Below are positions 8,283 to 17,415 of a DNA stretch of 32,000 bases, piece by piece. The notes under the pieces were generated by a model. The model did no database searches, was not told the origin of the DNA, and saw nothing but the letters and a program-made list of their open reading frames with translations. The DNA is from Candidatus Harpocratesius repetitus (GTDB lineage Archaea; Asgardarchaeota; Lokiarchaeia; Sigyniarchaeales; Promethearchaeaceae). The stretch spans positions 540,001 through 572,000 of the forward strand of contig JAIZWK010000001.1 in the NCBI GenBank assembly GCA_021498095.1. The letters run 5' to 3'. Each line of letters starts with the position of its first letter. The stretch's first letter is position 1. The position numbers were made by a program, and so were the translations under genes.

Positions 8283-9875
8283 ATGGTAAATAGATTTCCA
8301 TTTGCAATAGAGGAAAAAACCCAACAGGAATTGAGCTTTGATGAGAGTATTGCTGCAAATTTTATCACAATTTTAAATCGGATGAATTTAGACACAGAAC
8401 ACATCGTTAAAATATCAGAAATACTATGGCCAGTTATGTTTATTCAATCTGAACCAAATGCAAAACTCGTTTTAGATAATGTTGGAGTTTTATTTTTTGA
8501 AGAAAAAATAGTAAACGCACCTAGGACTGCCCAAGTAGGTCATATATTAAGAAATCAAGATTTATTTTATTTAGAACGATTAAGAAAAGTAAAATCAATA
8601 ATAAAATTTCAAGAATCAATTGAACTTTCTAGTCAGAAAAGTGAGATTTCACAGGAAGAATATATTTTCAGAAAGATCCGAGGGTTATTTCCTCCATACC
8701 TTTTAAAATGTATTGGAAAGATGATGCTATTCGTTCAACCACTTAATTTAGCAAAATTCGACCTTTTAGAAAGTCAATATACTTTTGATGATGCTATTGA
8801 TTTTGCTCAAGAATGGTTAGATTTGCTTAATTTTATTAGAGGAACCCGACATCGTTGGAAATCACTAAAAGAATTAATCCAGGAACCTATTGAAAAGTGG
8901 AAACTTGATTTAAAAGTCCAACTTAAAGATATTGAAAGTTTTTATAAAAAAAAAATCCGAAATTTTGATCAATTAGATGATTCAATGATTAAATCAAAAC
9001 TAGATGAAGCAAAAAACAATATTGATCGTTGGGTTTTACAAGAGCAAAAATCAATAATTGAACGGATAGGTAAACTTTTCGTAGGAATAAATATCTTATT
9101 TGAAAAAGCAATTGAACAGAATAAAGATTTTCTTCAATTAGATACTTTAAAAACTAGAAAAATTGGAGATGTTGTAGTAAATGCTTATCAAAATATTGCA
9201 TTTCTCAGGGACACTCTAGAGAAATCAAATGAAGAATTAGACGAAATTTCCTCGAAAATTAATACAATTAGAGAAAATGTAGAAAAGACGAATTTAACTG
9301 CAGAAGAAAAAATTAAATTACTTCAAAAAGAATTGCAAGATCAAAAGAAAAACCAAGAACAAAAGATTATGGATCTAAAGAAAGAAAAAGAAGAAAAAAT
9401 CATCTCAATCCAGAAGAATCTAAATAATTTAATTGAGTTAGAAAAAGAGATTTATCAAATAATTGAACAAAAGATGACGGAATGTAATATCCACGAGAAA
9501 AAAATCAAAGAATGGCAAATTAGTGATGAAATAACAAAAATTCGAAATCCAACAAGTAAATTTTACATTCCTATTGGAATTGCATTGATTGAAGATAATG
9601 ATTTTGAAGAAAGGTTAGAAATAGTATTTCCTTCCATTTTTGGTCAGAATCTTCATAGAGAATATTTCTCTGAAAAAATTCCAGAGTTTGAAAAATCCCT
9701 TTCTGAAATCTTAGAAGAAAATATGAAATTGCGCAGTAATTTTGAATTTACATGTGAAAAGTCTCAAGATTTTAAGAAAAACATTCAAAATGGAATAAAA
9801 AGTCTATTCAACAAAGGGTTGATTAATATAAAAATGAAACAGAAATATACTTCAATTCTTACTTCAATGGAATAA
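8283..9875 (+). CDS. Hypothetical protein with long central coiled coil flanked by globular N- and C-terminal segments
   Basis: Heptad-rich E/K/Q/L region at about aa 180-410. Beta-containing termini (EILWPVMFIQ; KFYIPIGIALI). No Walker motifs. Confidence 0.8.
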   Translation: MVNRFPFAIEEKTQQELSFDESIAANFITILNRMNLDTEHIVKISEILWPVMFIQSEPNAKLVLDNVGVLFFEEKIVNAPRTAQVGHILRNQDLFYLERLRKVKSIIKFQESIELSSQKSEISQEEYIFRKIRGLFPPYLLKCIGKMMLFVQPLNLAKFDLLESQYTFDDAIDFAQEWLDLLNFIRGTRHRWKSLKELIQEPIEKWKLDLKVQLKDIESFYKKKIRNFDQLDDSMIKSKLDEAKNNIDRWVLQEQKSIIERIGKLFVGINILFEKAIEQNKDFLQLDTLKTRKIGDVVVNAYQNIAFLRDTLEKSNEELDEISSKINTIRENVEKTNLTAEEKIKLLQKELQDQKKNQEQKIMDLKKEKEEKIISIQKNLNNLIELEKEIYQIIEQKMTECNIHEKKIKEWQISDEITKIRNPTSKFYIPIGIALIEDNDFEERLEIVFPSIFGQNLHREYFSEKIPEFEKSLSEILEENMKLRSNFEFTCEKSQDFKKNIQNGIKSLFNKGLINIKMKQKYTSILTSME

Positions 9876-9974
9876 CTTGATGCATTTGATAATACAATTA
9901 CAATAAGGATAGGATATGGCTCTAATGAAAAAAATGCTCTCTAAAAGAGGACACTACCCCCATTAACTATATTT

Positions 9975-12900
9975 TTACTTCTTTTTTAATTCTGAAAGTG
10001 CCGCTTGCATGATTTTATTTTGAGTATGGTGAGCTCGAATACTTAAAATGGCAATAACTCTATCTTTTATTTCTTTCCTTTCATATTTCACAATTCTTTT
10101 TAAAGCAAGAACAACAGATTCTTCCAACTGAATAGGGGATTCATCTGATAAATGAGAAAGCAATTGTGGTATAAGTATTTCTGAATCGATTTTTCTAGAT
10201 AATCTAACTAAGGCAGATATTGCTGCATTCCGGATGGTTTCTTTTGGATCTGCCATGAGTTTCACAAATATAGGAAATATAAGATTAAAGTTTTCTTGAT
10301 TTAATGTTCCAATCCATTTCACAAATGCAAGTAAAACTTCTTCATCTTCAGTAGAAATATGAATTCTTTCAAGAACTGATTTTATATTAACCATTTTTTT
10401 TTGGTCTTCATCCAAAGATCCCAGAATATTCAAAATAGATTTTCTAGTCCACTTGTTTGGATCTTCAAGTAATTTTAGAAGATTTGAAAATATTAGTGTA
10501 TCATGCGATTTCAGAGAAATTTCGACTAAACTTTTAAGACAAGTATTTTTTACACTGAAATCATCTTCTTTTAATCCTTTCATTAGGATACTTATTGCCT
10601 TTTTTGGAGTAGAACCTCCAATTATTCCTAATATAGTATAACCTTGCTCTCTTACAGATGAATCGACATCGTTTATCATAGTATTGATAAATTTCATTGA
10701 GATTAAATTAGGATCTTGTTTTACTAAACTTGAAATCATTTTTGCAATGGAGATTCTTAAAGATTTACTTGATGTCTTAAATGTCTTTAAAAGATCATTA
10801 AGAAAGGGCTTCAATTCAATTAAATTTGTGGAATTGACAGACTTAATGATATTTAGCAATTCAATTTTAATTTTATCTGAGGATTCCTTTTTCCAAATAT
10901 TAAATAGAGTTTTTGGAGATATATCAATAGAATGTATACTACAATAATCAGATAAGACACGTACAGCATTAATTTTTGAATTATCATTCTTTGAAGAAAT
11001 GTTTTGAATAAGTAAGGGAATAATCTGGTTTGGAAATTGCTTTGTAATGTTTAGTACTGTCTGTACAATTTTCCCACGTGTTAAAATACTTTCAGTGTCG
11101 GATTCTTTAATTAATTCTGAAACAATAAACTTTGGATCTTGTTGAGCCATCTCAATTAATTGAGATTGAGCAATTCCTGCAAAATCTCCATCATTGGATT
11201 TAATGTATAATTTTAACACCGAAAGAACTTTTGAGGGTGCCTGTTTCCAGATATATGGAAAAAGCGAAATAAAGAGTTTCTGAATCTCGAAAGATTTTCC
11301 TTTTGCGGCGTTTAGCAAATAATCAATAGAAATACCAAATGGTTTTTCTTGAAGATACGATTTAAGTCCCAGAAAGGCAGCATTTCTTATAGAAATATTG
11401 TGATCAAATAAATGATCTTTGAAAATATCAATGGGAATATGATTTTTTTCGAAATCTCCAATCTTAGCAAGAGTCTCCAATATTATTGCTTTAGTCTTTG
11501 GATTAACACTTGAAGTCATTTCTATTAATTTCGATATACTTAATGATTCTATATCAATTGTTGCAATTTCACCCGCAATTCGAGCCACTGCTTCTTGAAT
11601 TTGGGGATGTGGATCATTTAATCGAGAAATGAAAATTGAATGGTCTACTTGATCTGGAAATGCAGAAAGAATACGGAGAACTTTCCCTTGAACATTATAA
11701 TCTGGATAATTTAAGAGAGAAAGTAATTTTTGCCGCAATTTAGAACTTAGTTTTTGATTCATATCATTTGATGTATATTTTAAAAATAATATTTGTAGAC
11801 ATAATTCTTTATGAAAGTGATTTCTATTTGAGAGAATACTAAGAAACAAATCTTCATTGATTTTTTGAAGACATTGAAGAGTATCATTAGAAAAACATTC
11901 CAAAATTGAAGTAACCATATCAGGATTCTCTGATTTGAGCCCAATTTCAACAAGGGGGAAAAATTTCTCAGGATATTCAATCATTAACCTTGTGAATAGT
12001 TTTTGGCTCCAATAATACCCATAAATAAATGTTCTATCAGATAAAGCATCAAAAAGAGGATCTATAAATCGATCTTGATCAAAACTTAATCCCCGTTTAT
12101 TTGGAATCCTTAAATACATTCGTTCTAGTGATTCATAGGCAAATTTTTGTTCGGATTCTGGTTGATAACGAATCATATTAAAACCAGGAATTGGATTAAA
12201 CTTCTCTTCTGCCGATGTAACTGTTCCTATAAATGCATTTCGAATAGCTTTATGGTTTTTTTGAATAAAAAAGAAATAGGAAATTATTACAAAAAGCATG
12301 AATTCTTCAATAACTCCAATTAAATTCAACTCAGTATAGAGTTCAACGCGATTCCCATATTTATTAATTCCACGTAAATCGTAAAAAGTTGCAGTAATAT
12401 CCCATTTCATAAATAATTCTTGAAAAACATAAGGTCTAGCAATTAAATAATTAAGCATTATATTAATTCCCATCGCTGCAATTAAGAAAGTGGAAAATAG
12501 TATAGATTGTGTGGAAGATTTTACTTTTCGTTTCCAATATCGATTAAAGTATGCAGTAATGGCCAAGGCGAGAGAAATAGGAATAGACCAATCTACATTG
12601 TACCATGATACTGTATATGGAACATAGTTAATATCAAATCGAGAAATAGTTGCAACTGTTCGATAAATAAAATAAATATAAGAATAGAAAAGAGTTCCGT
12701 AAACAATATAGGTCATAGGATCTCTAAAGAATTCCTTTATAGCACGATTACTTTGATCAAAATGTAGAAAAGTAGATCGAGGTAAATGGGGAAGACTGAT
12801 AGTAAAGATACCAAAGGCGATTATATAGCCTACTGATGCATAGTAAAGAATAATGACCATTGGATAAATTAACTGCCAACTAAGCCACGCAATAATAAAT

Positions 12901-13412
12901 TTCACATGGAACACTAAAGTCAATAATACAGGGGGAAGAACAATAGCTAATCCATAGATAATTATAGCTAAAACATAACTCCAAGGTTTTGAGAAGTATT
13001 TGATTAATTTTTCAAAAGGTTGTTGAAAAGGAGTGGTACTAATTTCATGAGAAAAATGAGCCATGAAAAGAAATTCAATAAGTGGATAAATTGAAATAAA
13101 AGTTAAACAGAAAATAAGCGGAATTAGAAGAAATACTGCTTGATCTTGATAACCCCAATCATTTAAATCAAGAATAAAGGTTACAATTGTTGTTGCTACA
13201 ATAGTTAAGCCATTTCCAAAGAAAAAGGCGAAAATTATGCATTTTAAAGTATCATTCCATTTCCAAAATTCCTTTTTTACCAATTTTACTTGTGATGCCA
13301 TGAGATAATATCCAGCAAGAAAGCTAAGGATAAGAAATATAATTAAACCGATTGTCCATGAATTTATTGAAGTAGGAATACTAAATATATCCCAGATATC
13401 CTTGAATTTCAT
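9975..13412 (-). CDS. Polytopic membrane protein fused to a long HEAT/ARM-repeat alpha-solenoid
   Basis: About 8-10 hydrophobic helices in aa 1-385, then many HEAT-type units (LNDPHPQIQEAVA, LFDHNISIRNAAFLGL, INDVDSSVREQGYTIL, LKEDDFSVKNTCLKSL, LEDPNKWTRKSILNIL, MADPKETIRNAAISAL). Confidence 0.85.
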   Translation of the reverse strand: MKFKDIWDIFSIPTSINSWTIGLIIFLILSFLAGYYLMASQVKLVKKEFWKWNDTLKCIIFAFFFGNGLTIVATTIVTFILDLNDWGYQDQAVFLLIPLIFCLTFISIYPLIEFLFMAHFSHEISTTPFQQPFEKLIKYFSKPWSYVLAIIIYGLAIVLPPVLLTLVFHVKFIIAWLSWQLIYPMVIILYYASVGYIIAFGIFTISLPHLPRSTFLHFDQSNRAIKEFFRDPMTYIVYGTLFYSYIYFIYRTVATISRFDINYVPYTVSWYNVDWSIPISLALAITAYFNRYWKRKVKSSTQSILFSTFLIAAMGINIMLNYLIARPYVFQELFMKWDITATFYDLRGINKYGNRVELYTELNLIGVIEEFMLFVIISYFFFIQKNHKAIRNAFIGTVTSAEEKFNPIPGFNMIRYQPESEQKFAYESLERMYLRIPNKRGLSFDQDRFIDPLFDALSDRTFIYGYYWSQKLFTRLMIEYPEKFFPLVEIGLKSENPDMVTSILECFSNDTLQCLQKINEDLFLSILSNRNHFHKELCLQILFLKYTSNDMNQKLSSKLRQKLLSLLNYPDYNVQGKVLRILSAFPDQVDHSIFISRLNDPHPQIQEAVARIAGEIATIDIESLSISKLIEMTSSVNPKTKAIILETLAKIGDFEKNHIPIDIFKDHLFDHNISIRNAAFLGLKSYLQEKPFGISIDYLLNAAKGKSFEIQKLFISLFPYIWKQAPSKVLSVLKLYIKSNDGDFAGIAQSQLIEMAQQDPKFIVSELIKESDTESILTRGKIVQTVLNITKQFPNQIIPLLIQNISSKNDNSKINAVRVLSDYCSIHSIDISPKTLFNIWKKESSDKIKIELLNIIKSVNSTNLIELKPFLNDLLKTFKTSSKSLRISIAKMISSLVKQDPNLISMKFINTMINDVDSSVREQGYTILGIIGGSTPKKAISILMKGLKEDDFSVKNTCLKSLVEISLKSHDTLIFSNLLKLLEDPNKWTRKSILNILGSLDEDQKKMVNIKSVLERIHISTEDEEVLLAFVKWIGTLNQENFNLIFPIFVKLMADPKETIRNAAISALVRLSRKIDSEILIPQLLSHLSDESPIQLEESVVLALKRIVKYERKEIKDRVIAILSIRAHHTQNKIMQAALSELKKK

Positions 13413-13502
13413 TAGTATATTATTGGTGATTTTCCTTAATGGCTTTATTGATCTTACAATAAGTGATTTTTTTTAGCTGTAAATATTACAATATTAGAAG
13501 AA

Positions 13503-14069
13503 ATGAGCCCGCTTTCAATAAAAAATAAATTAAAACGAGATCAAAATAAGTACATACATCAAAAAGTAGATGTAATTGTAACCAAGGAATTTCCTTCTTT
13601 TCATATTTTGGGAAAGCACATTGGTCCGTTTAAATTAGGGCATCCAATGACAATCGATCAATATATTGCACGAATTTTAGTTGAAGAAGGAATTGTTAAA
13701 TTTGATGATACTAAGCATTTAAATCGAAAAGGAATTCAGAAAATTAATTTTCAAGAATCTACAAATCCTGAATTGGGAAAAATCGCTGAAAACTTTATTT
13801 ATACACAAGCACGAGAACAACTGGAGATCATGAATAAACTCTACGAACAAGGAAAAATTCCACGACAAGAGTTTAAACAATTGCTCAGTGATGTAAACGA
13901 TTTAATTCGCGTCCGTTTAGCAAAAATTAACCGGCTTGCCGTACAAACGGGCAGAAGTCAATCTGAACGCAATTTAACGCAAGAAGAACGCATTCTTTTT
14001 GATGAAATTGCAAGCAAAATTAATGAATGGAAAACTGCTTTAGGAAAAGTTAATTCGAAATATAATTGA
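13503..14069 (+). CDS. gins23: GINS complex subunit, Gins23 (Psf2/Psf3-like) type
   Basis: N-terminal beta B-domain (VDVIVTKEFPSF...GPFKLG...IARILVEEG), followed by a helical A-domain ending RLAKINRLA...LTQEERILFDEI...W. The B-before-A order defines the Gins23 class. Confidence 0.8.
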   Translation: MSPLSIKNKLKRDQNKYIHQKVDVIVTKEFPSFHILGKHIGPFKLGHPMTIDQYIARILVEEGIVKFDDTKHLNRKGIQKINFQESTNPELGKIAENFIYTQAREQLEIMNKLYEQGKIPRQEFKQLLSDVNDLIRVRLAKINRLAVQTGRSQSERNLTQEERILFDEIASKINEWKTALGKVNSKYN

Positions 14070-14101
14070 TTATATAAGTAATTTCATAATTGAATACACT
14101 C

Positions 14102-16201
14102 CTATCTCTCCTTTTCTGATTTTACCGCGCTAATATGAACAGTTCCAGAAAAATAAGAGCCCGAATGACCAAGAATTTCAGGAATTGAATTTGTGAAATG
14201 ATTGGCATTTAAAGAAGAAGGATTTCGATTTGGACCACCTGAATATATTAAAGCCATTTCTCTTCCTAATGAAGGCATTACTTCAAGAATAAATATTCCT
14301 TCTCCAAATTGATTTGAAACTTTAACTCTTTCACCCACTCGTGAGTCAATAGATACTATATCTAAAGGATTTAGAAATACTTTTAAAAAATCAGAATTAA
14401 ATTGAGAATTTATTTCTCCTAATTGTGAATGAATAAAATGTGGATGGTGCGGTGTATAAAGATAAAAATCGCCTGGTTTTTTCTGCAGGATTTTAAGAAA
14501 TAATTCATGATGATGAATAAAGTATTCCATAAAGGAATGCAATTGTATTTTTCCAGTGGATGTTGGAAATTGTAAATCAGTAAAGAAAGTTTCATCTGGA
14601 TTAAAAAATAACACATATCCGTTTTTTTCAATTTCTTTTCTTTGCTGAGGTTTTAAAATTTTCATGCAATTTCTAACCATTTGTTCTGAAGATATTTTGA
14701 ATTGTTTCAATATAGAGGAAGACCACCCAATTTGATTCCCAAAATCAAGGCCTAGGCGATTAAAAAACTCATGATTTGAAAGACAGCTTGTATATGGACA
14801 TGGTCCTGCTTGAATGATCGAAAGACCGGGCATATAATAAGAACTTACCAAATCATTCGTTTCTGGTGCCATTTTCATTGGAAAAATTAAATCAGCATAA
14901 GCGCATGTTTCATTCAAAAAACAATCTAAAACAACAACAAATAAGTCTTCGCGCTTTAAAACAGATCTAAGAAGGTTTTGATTCGGTAAACTACTGGCAG
15001 GGTTGAAATTATAGATGAATAACATTTTTATTTCATGATCTTGCAGAATATTAGCTAATTTTATAATTTCAAGCGAATTATTTTGATTCAAAGTGTGTGA
15101 ATAATTAAATGTGATTTCTTCAATAATACGTTCTCTTATTTCTCTTCTGTGATCACTTAGTGAATAAATAATTCCCGCTCCTGGTTTTCCAATATTTCCT
15201 AATACTACTTGGATTAAAGCAATAAATTGAACAAAATATCCACCATATCTATCTTTTTGGGTACCATATCCAATTAAAAATAAAGTATGTGAAATATTTT
15301 CTACTAAAAGAGAAGCAAATGATTGTAACTGTTCTAAAGATACCCCGATTTTGTTACATATTTCGATAATATCAACTTTCTCGATTATTTGCTTTACAGA
15401 ATTCCAATTATCCACATGTTCAAATAAAAACCTATGATTTTCCCCATTTATTTGAAGAATTTGTTTAATTATTCCTATGGCTAACAGATGAGAAGTATTT
15501 AAAGTAATTTTCAAAAAAAAATCAGATTGATTTGCAATTTTGGTTTCTCTTGAATCTATTACAACAACTTTCAATCCATTTTTCTGTGCTTTTCTTACCA
15601 AAAGATGAGCATGATTATTATTATTGGTTAGATCTGAATTCCAGATAACTAAGAGGCGGGTTTCAGGATTTGTAATCTGCAGTGGGTGAGAAAGGGAGTA
15701 AGTTCCAAACATTTGACGTAATCCGGCAATTCCCCCTTCATTACAGATCCCTCCTGTTGTAATTAAGGCACCTATTTTATTAAAAAAGCGTAATGGGGAA
15801 AATTGAGAAAGTAATCCGGTATTTCCAGAATAAAATGCCGCAAGGATCTTATCTGCTCCATGTTGATAATAGATTTCTTTTAATTTCATTAACAACTGAT
15901 CCCAAGCATTTGAAAAGGAAATTTCCTTAAAGTTTTGGCAGGGTTTGGGAGCTTGTCGTATAAGTGGAACATGTAATCTTGAATTATGATAAAGAGAACC
16001 TATTTTATTGGTGTACTTCGCACAGAAAACACCTTGAGTAAAAGGGTGCTTTTTTGAGGGAATTGTTTGAAGAAGAGGATGATCGATTTTATTATCATCC
16101 CATATTCCCATATAAACGCAAGCGCCATAACAATCTTTTGTGCAAGTCGCAAATCGGGAGATTTTCGAAGACGAATTCAAGATTTTGGGTGAGTCTTCCA
16201 T
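14102..16201 (-). CDS. Molybdopterin-dependent oxidoreductase, DMSO reductase superfamily, cytoplasmic
   Basis: N-terminal 4Fe-4S motif CTKDCYGAC...HPFTQGVFCAK, putative metal-ligand Cys in GGICNEGG, FVVVLDCFLNETCAYADLIFP, and a C-terminal molybdopterin dinucleotide-binding domain (TPHHPHFIHSQ...VFLNPLD...GERVKVSNQFG). No Tat signal. Confidence 0.9.
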   Translation of the reverse strand: MEDSPKILNSSSKISRFATCTKDCYGACVYMGIWDDNKIDHPLLQTIPSKKHPFTQGVFCAKYTNKIGSLYHNSRLHVPLIRQAPKPCQNFKEISFSNAWDQLLMKLKEIYYQHGADKILAAFYSGNTGLLSQFSPLRFFNKIGALITTGGICNEGGIAGLRQMFGTYSLSHPLQITNPETRLLVIWNSDLTNNNNHAHLLVRKAQKNGLKVVVIDSRETKIANQSDFFLKITLNTSHLLAIGIIKQILQINGENHRFLFEHVDNWNSVKQIIEKVDIIEICNKIGVSLEQLQSFASLLVENISHTLFLIGYGTQKDRYGGYFVQFIALIQVVLGNIGKPGAGIIYSLSDHRREIRERIIEEITFNYSHTLNQNNSLEIIKLANILQDHEIKMLFIYNFNPASSLPNQNLLRSVLKREDLFVVVLDCFLNETCAYADLIFPMKMAPETNDLVSSYYMPGLSIIQAGPCPYTSCLSNHEFFNRLGLDFGNQIGWSSSILKQFKISSEQMVRNCMKILKPQQRKEIEKNGYVLFFNPDETFFTDLQFPTSTGKIQLHSFMEYFIHHHELFLKILQKKPGDFYLYTPHHPHFIHSQLGEINSQFNSDFLKVFLNPLDIVSIDSRVGERVKVSNQFGEGIFILEVMPSLGREMALIYSGGPNRNPSSLNANHFTNSIPEILGHSGSYFSGTVHISAVKSEKER

Positions 16202-16320
16202 TAATGATTAATAAAAAAACATCTAAATTAAGTTATAGGAAAAATGATGCTAAGTTATGGTCTAAAGTTATTTGAAATAAAAGGTATAATATTTTATAAT
16301 TAGAAACCATTTTCCAATGT

Positions 16321-16365
16321 TCAAGTAATTTATAATCAAGTAAATAATAATCAAGTGATTTAATT
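16321..16365 (+). repeat. Three tandem 15-bp direct repeats (TCAAGT core) in a divergent promoter region
   Basis: TCAAGTAATTTATAA / TCAAGTAAATAATAA / TCAAGTGATTTAATT at 16321, 16336 and 16351. Units 2 and 3 match unit 1 at 13/15 and 11/15. Confidence 0.7.
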
Positions 16366-16387
16366 TATCAAATTGGTGAACAAAAAA

Positions 16388-17032
16388 ATGAAAGGATTCT
16401 TGTTATCGTTATCATCCTTATTAGGGTTTGCAGATTTATGGCAGAATTATTTGGAAATGGGCACTCCTGAGAAAGTTATTATTGGAATTGTCGTCTTTGC
16501 TCTTTTAGCAACATTACTTTATTTCTTATATAGAATACTAGATGGAATTGCAGTTATATTCAAAGGAATCTTCTGGTTTTTAAAGAGTATTGTGTTTTTA
16601 ATTGTGGTTTTACTCTTTTCTTTAGCCTGGTTAATTTTTATATGCCCATTCGGATTTTTCCGCTATAAGAAATTTACTGAAGTCATTGAAATATATAAAA
16701 TTACCTTAAGACGATTGAAGTACTTCTTTTATCCTAAAGCAAAAAAGGATCTAATAATGACAAAAGAAGAAATCGCTAAAAAAATAACAGAAAAAGATAA
16801 AAAAGAAATGCTTAGGGAGAAGAAGGAACAAGATGGCACTTCGAAAGAAAAAAAACCATCTGAAAAATCAGATGAAAAAGAGGAAATACCAAAATTTCAC
16901 TGCTCCAATTGTGGAGCCGAAATGCCTCCTTCAATGGTAACTCTCTTACAAAAAGGAAATGCGGCCTTTTGCGAAGCATGTGGTCAAAAATTTAAAATGG
17001 AAGGGGGAATTCCCTATCCAACGGATCACTAA
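16388..17032 (+). CDS. Membrane protein with charged linker and C-terminal zinc ribbon
   Basis: 2-3 hydrophobic segments at the N-terminus, a K/E-rich linker, then CSNC...CEAC. ATG at 16388; TTG/GTG alternatives at 16373/16376. Confidence 0.8.
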   Translation: MKGFLLSLSSLLGFADLWQNYLEMGTPEKVIIGIVVFALLATLLYFLYRILDGIAVIFKGIFWFLKSIVFLIVVLLFSLAWLIFICPFGFFRYKKFTEVIEIYKITLRRLKYFFYPKAKKDLIMTKEEIAKKITEKDKKEMLREKKEQDGTSKEKKPSEKSDEKEEIPKFHCSNCGAEMPPSMVTLLQKGNAAFCEACGQKFKMEGGIPYPTDH

Positions 17033-17415
17033 CAAAGCATTTTAAAAACAATATTAAAATTGAGGGTATTTTAAATTTCAAAGATTCGAAGTTTTTCATT
17101 CCTTCAACTTGATTCTTCCGACTCAAATCCAAAATATCCCTCCATATTTTTTGTCGATTTAACCAAGGGGCCAAATTCAAGATAGGTAAATCAAGAATTA
17201 TAATAAAATCGACTTCAGATTGAAGAATTTATAAGCAGGATGGTAAATTTTTAACAAATTCTTTGAAAAAATCGAGTTCGACAAAAAAAGAATTGCGATA
17301 TTTCAGATTTAAGTCGGATATATATAAATGATATTCAAAAAAGCGTTTAAATTAGAATAGATAAAAGATCCTCAATTATCAACACTTTTTTTTCTTCTGG
17401 AAATAATAATAGAAT

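Noticed and set aside
8946-8955. A10 homopolymer inside the coiled-coil gene as a phase-variation site
   Set aside because: The frame is intact, and A-runs encoding Lys tracts are expected at this AT content.
14102-16201. Selenocysteine-containing formate dehydrogenase
   Set aside because: No in-frame TGA, and the ligand region (GGICNEGG) lacks the FDH-type C/U-H motif.
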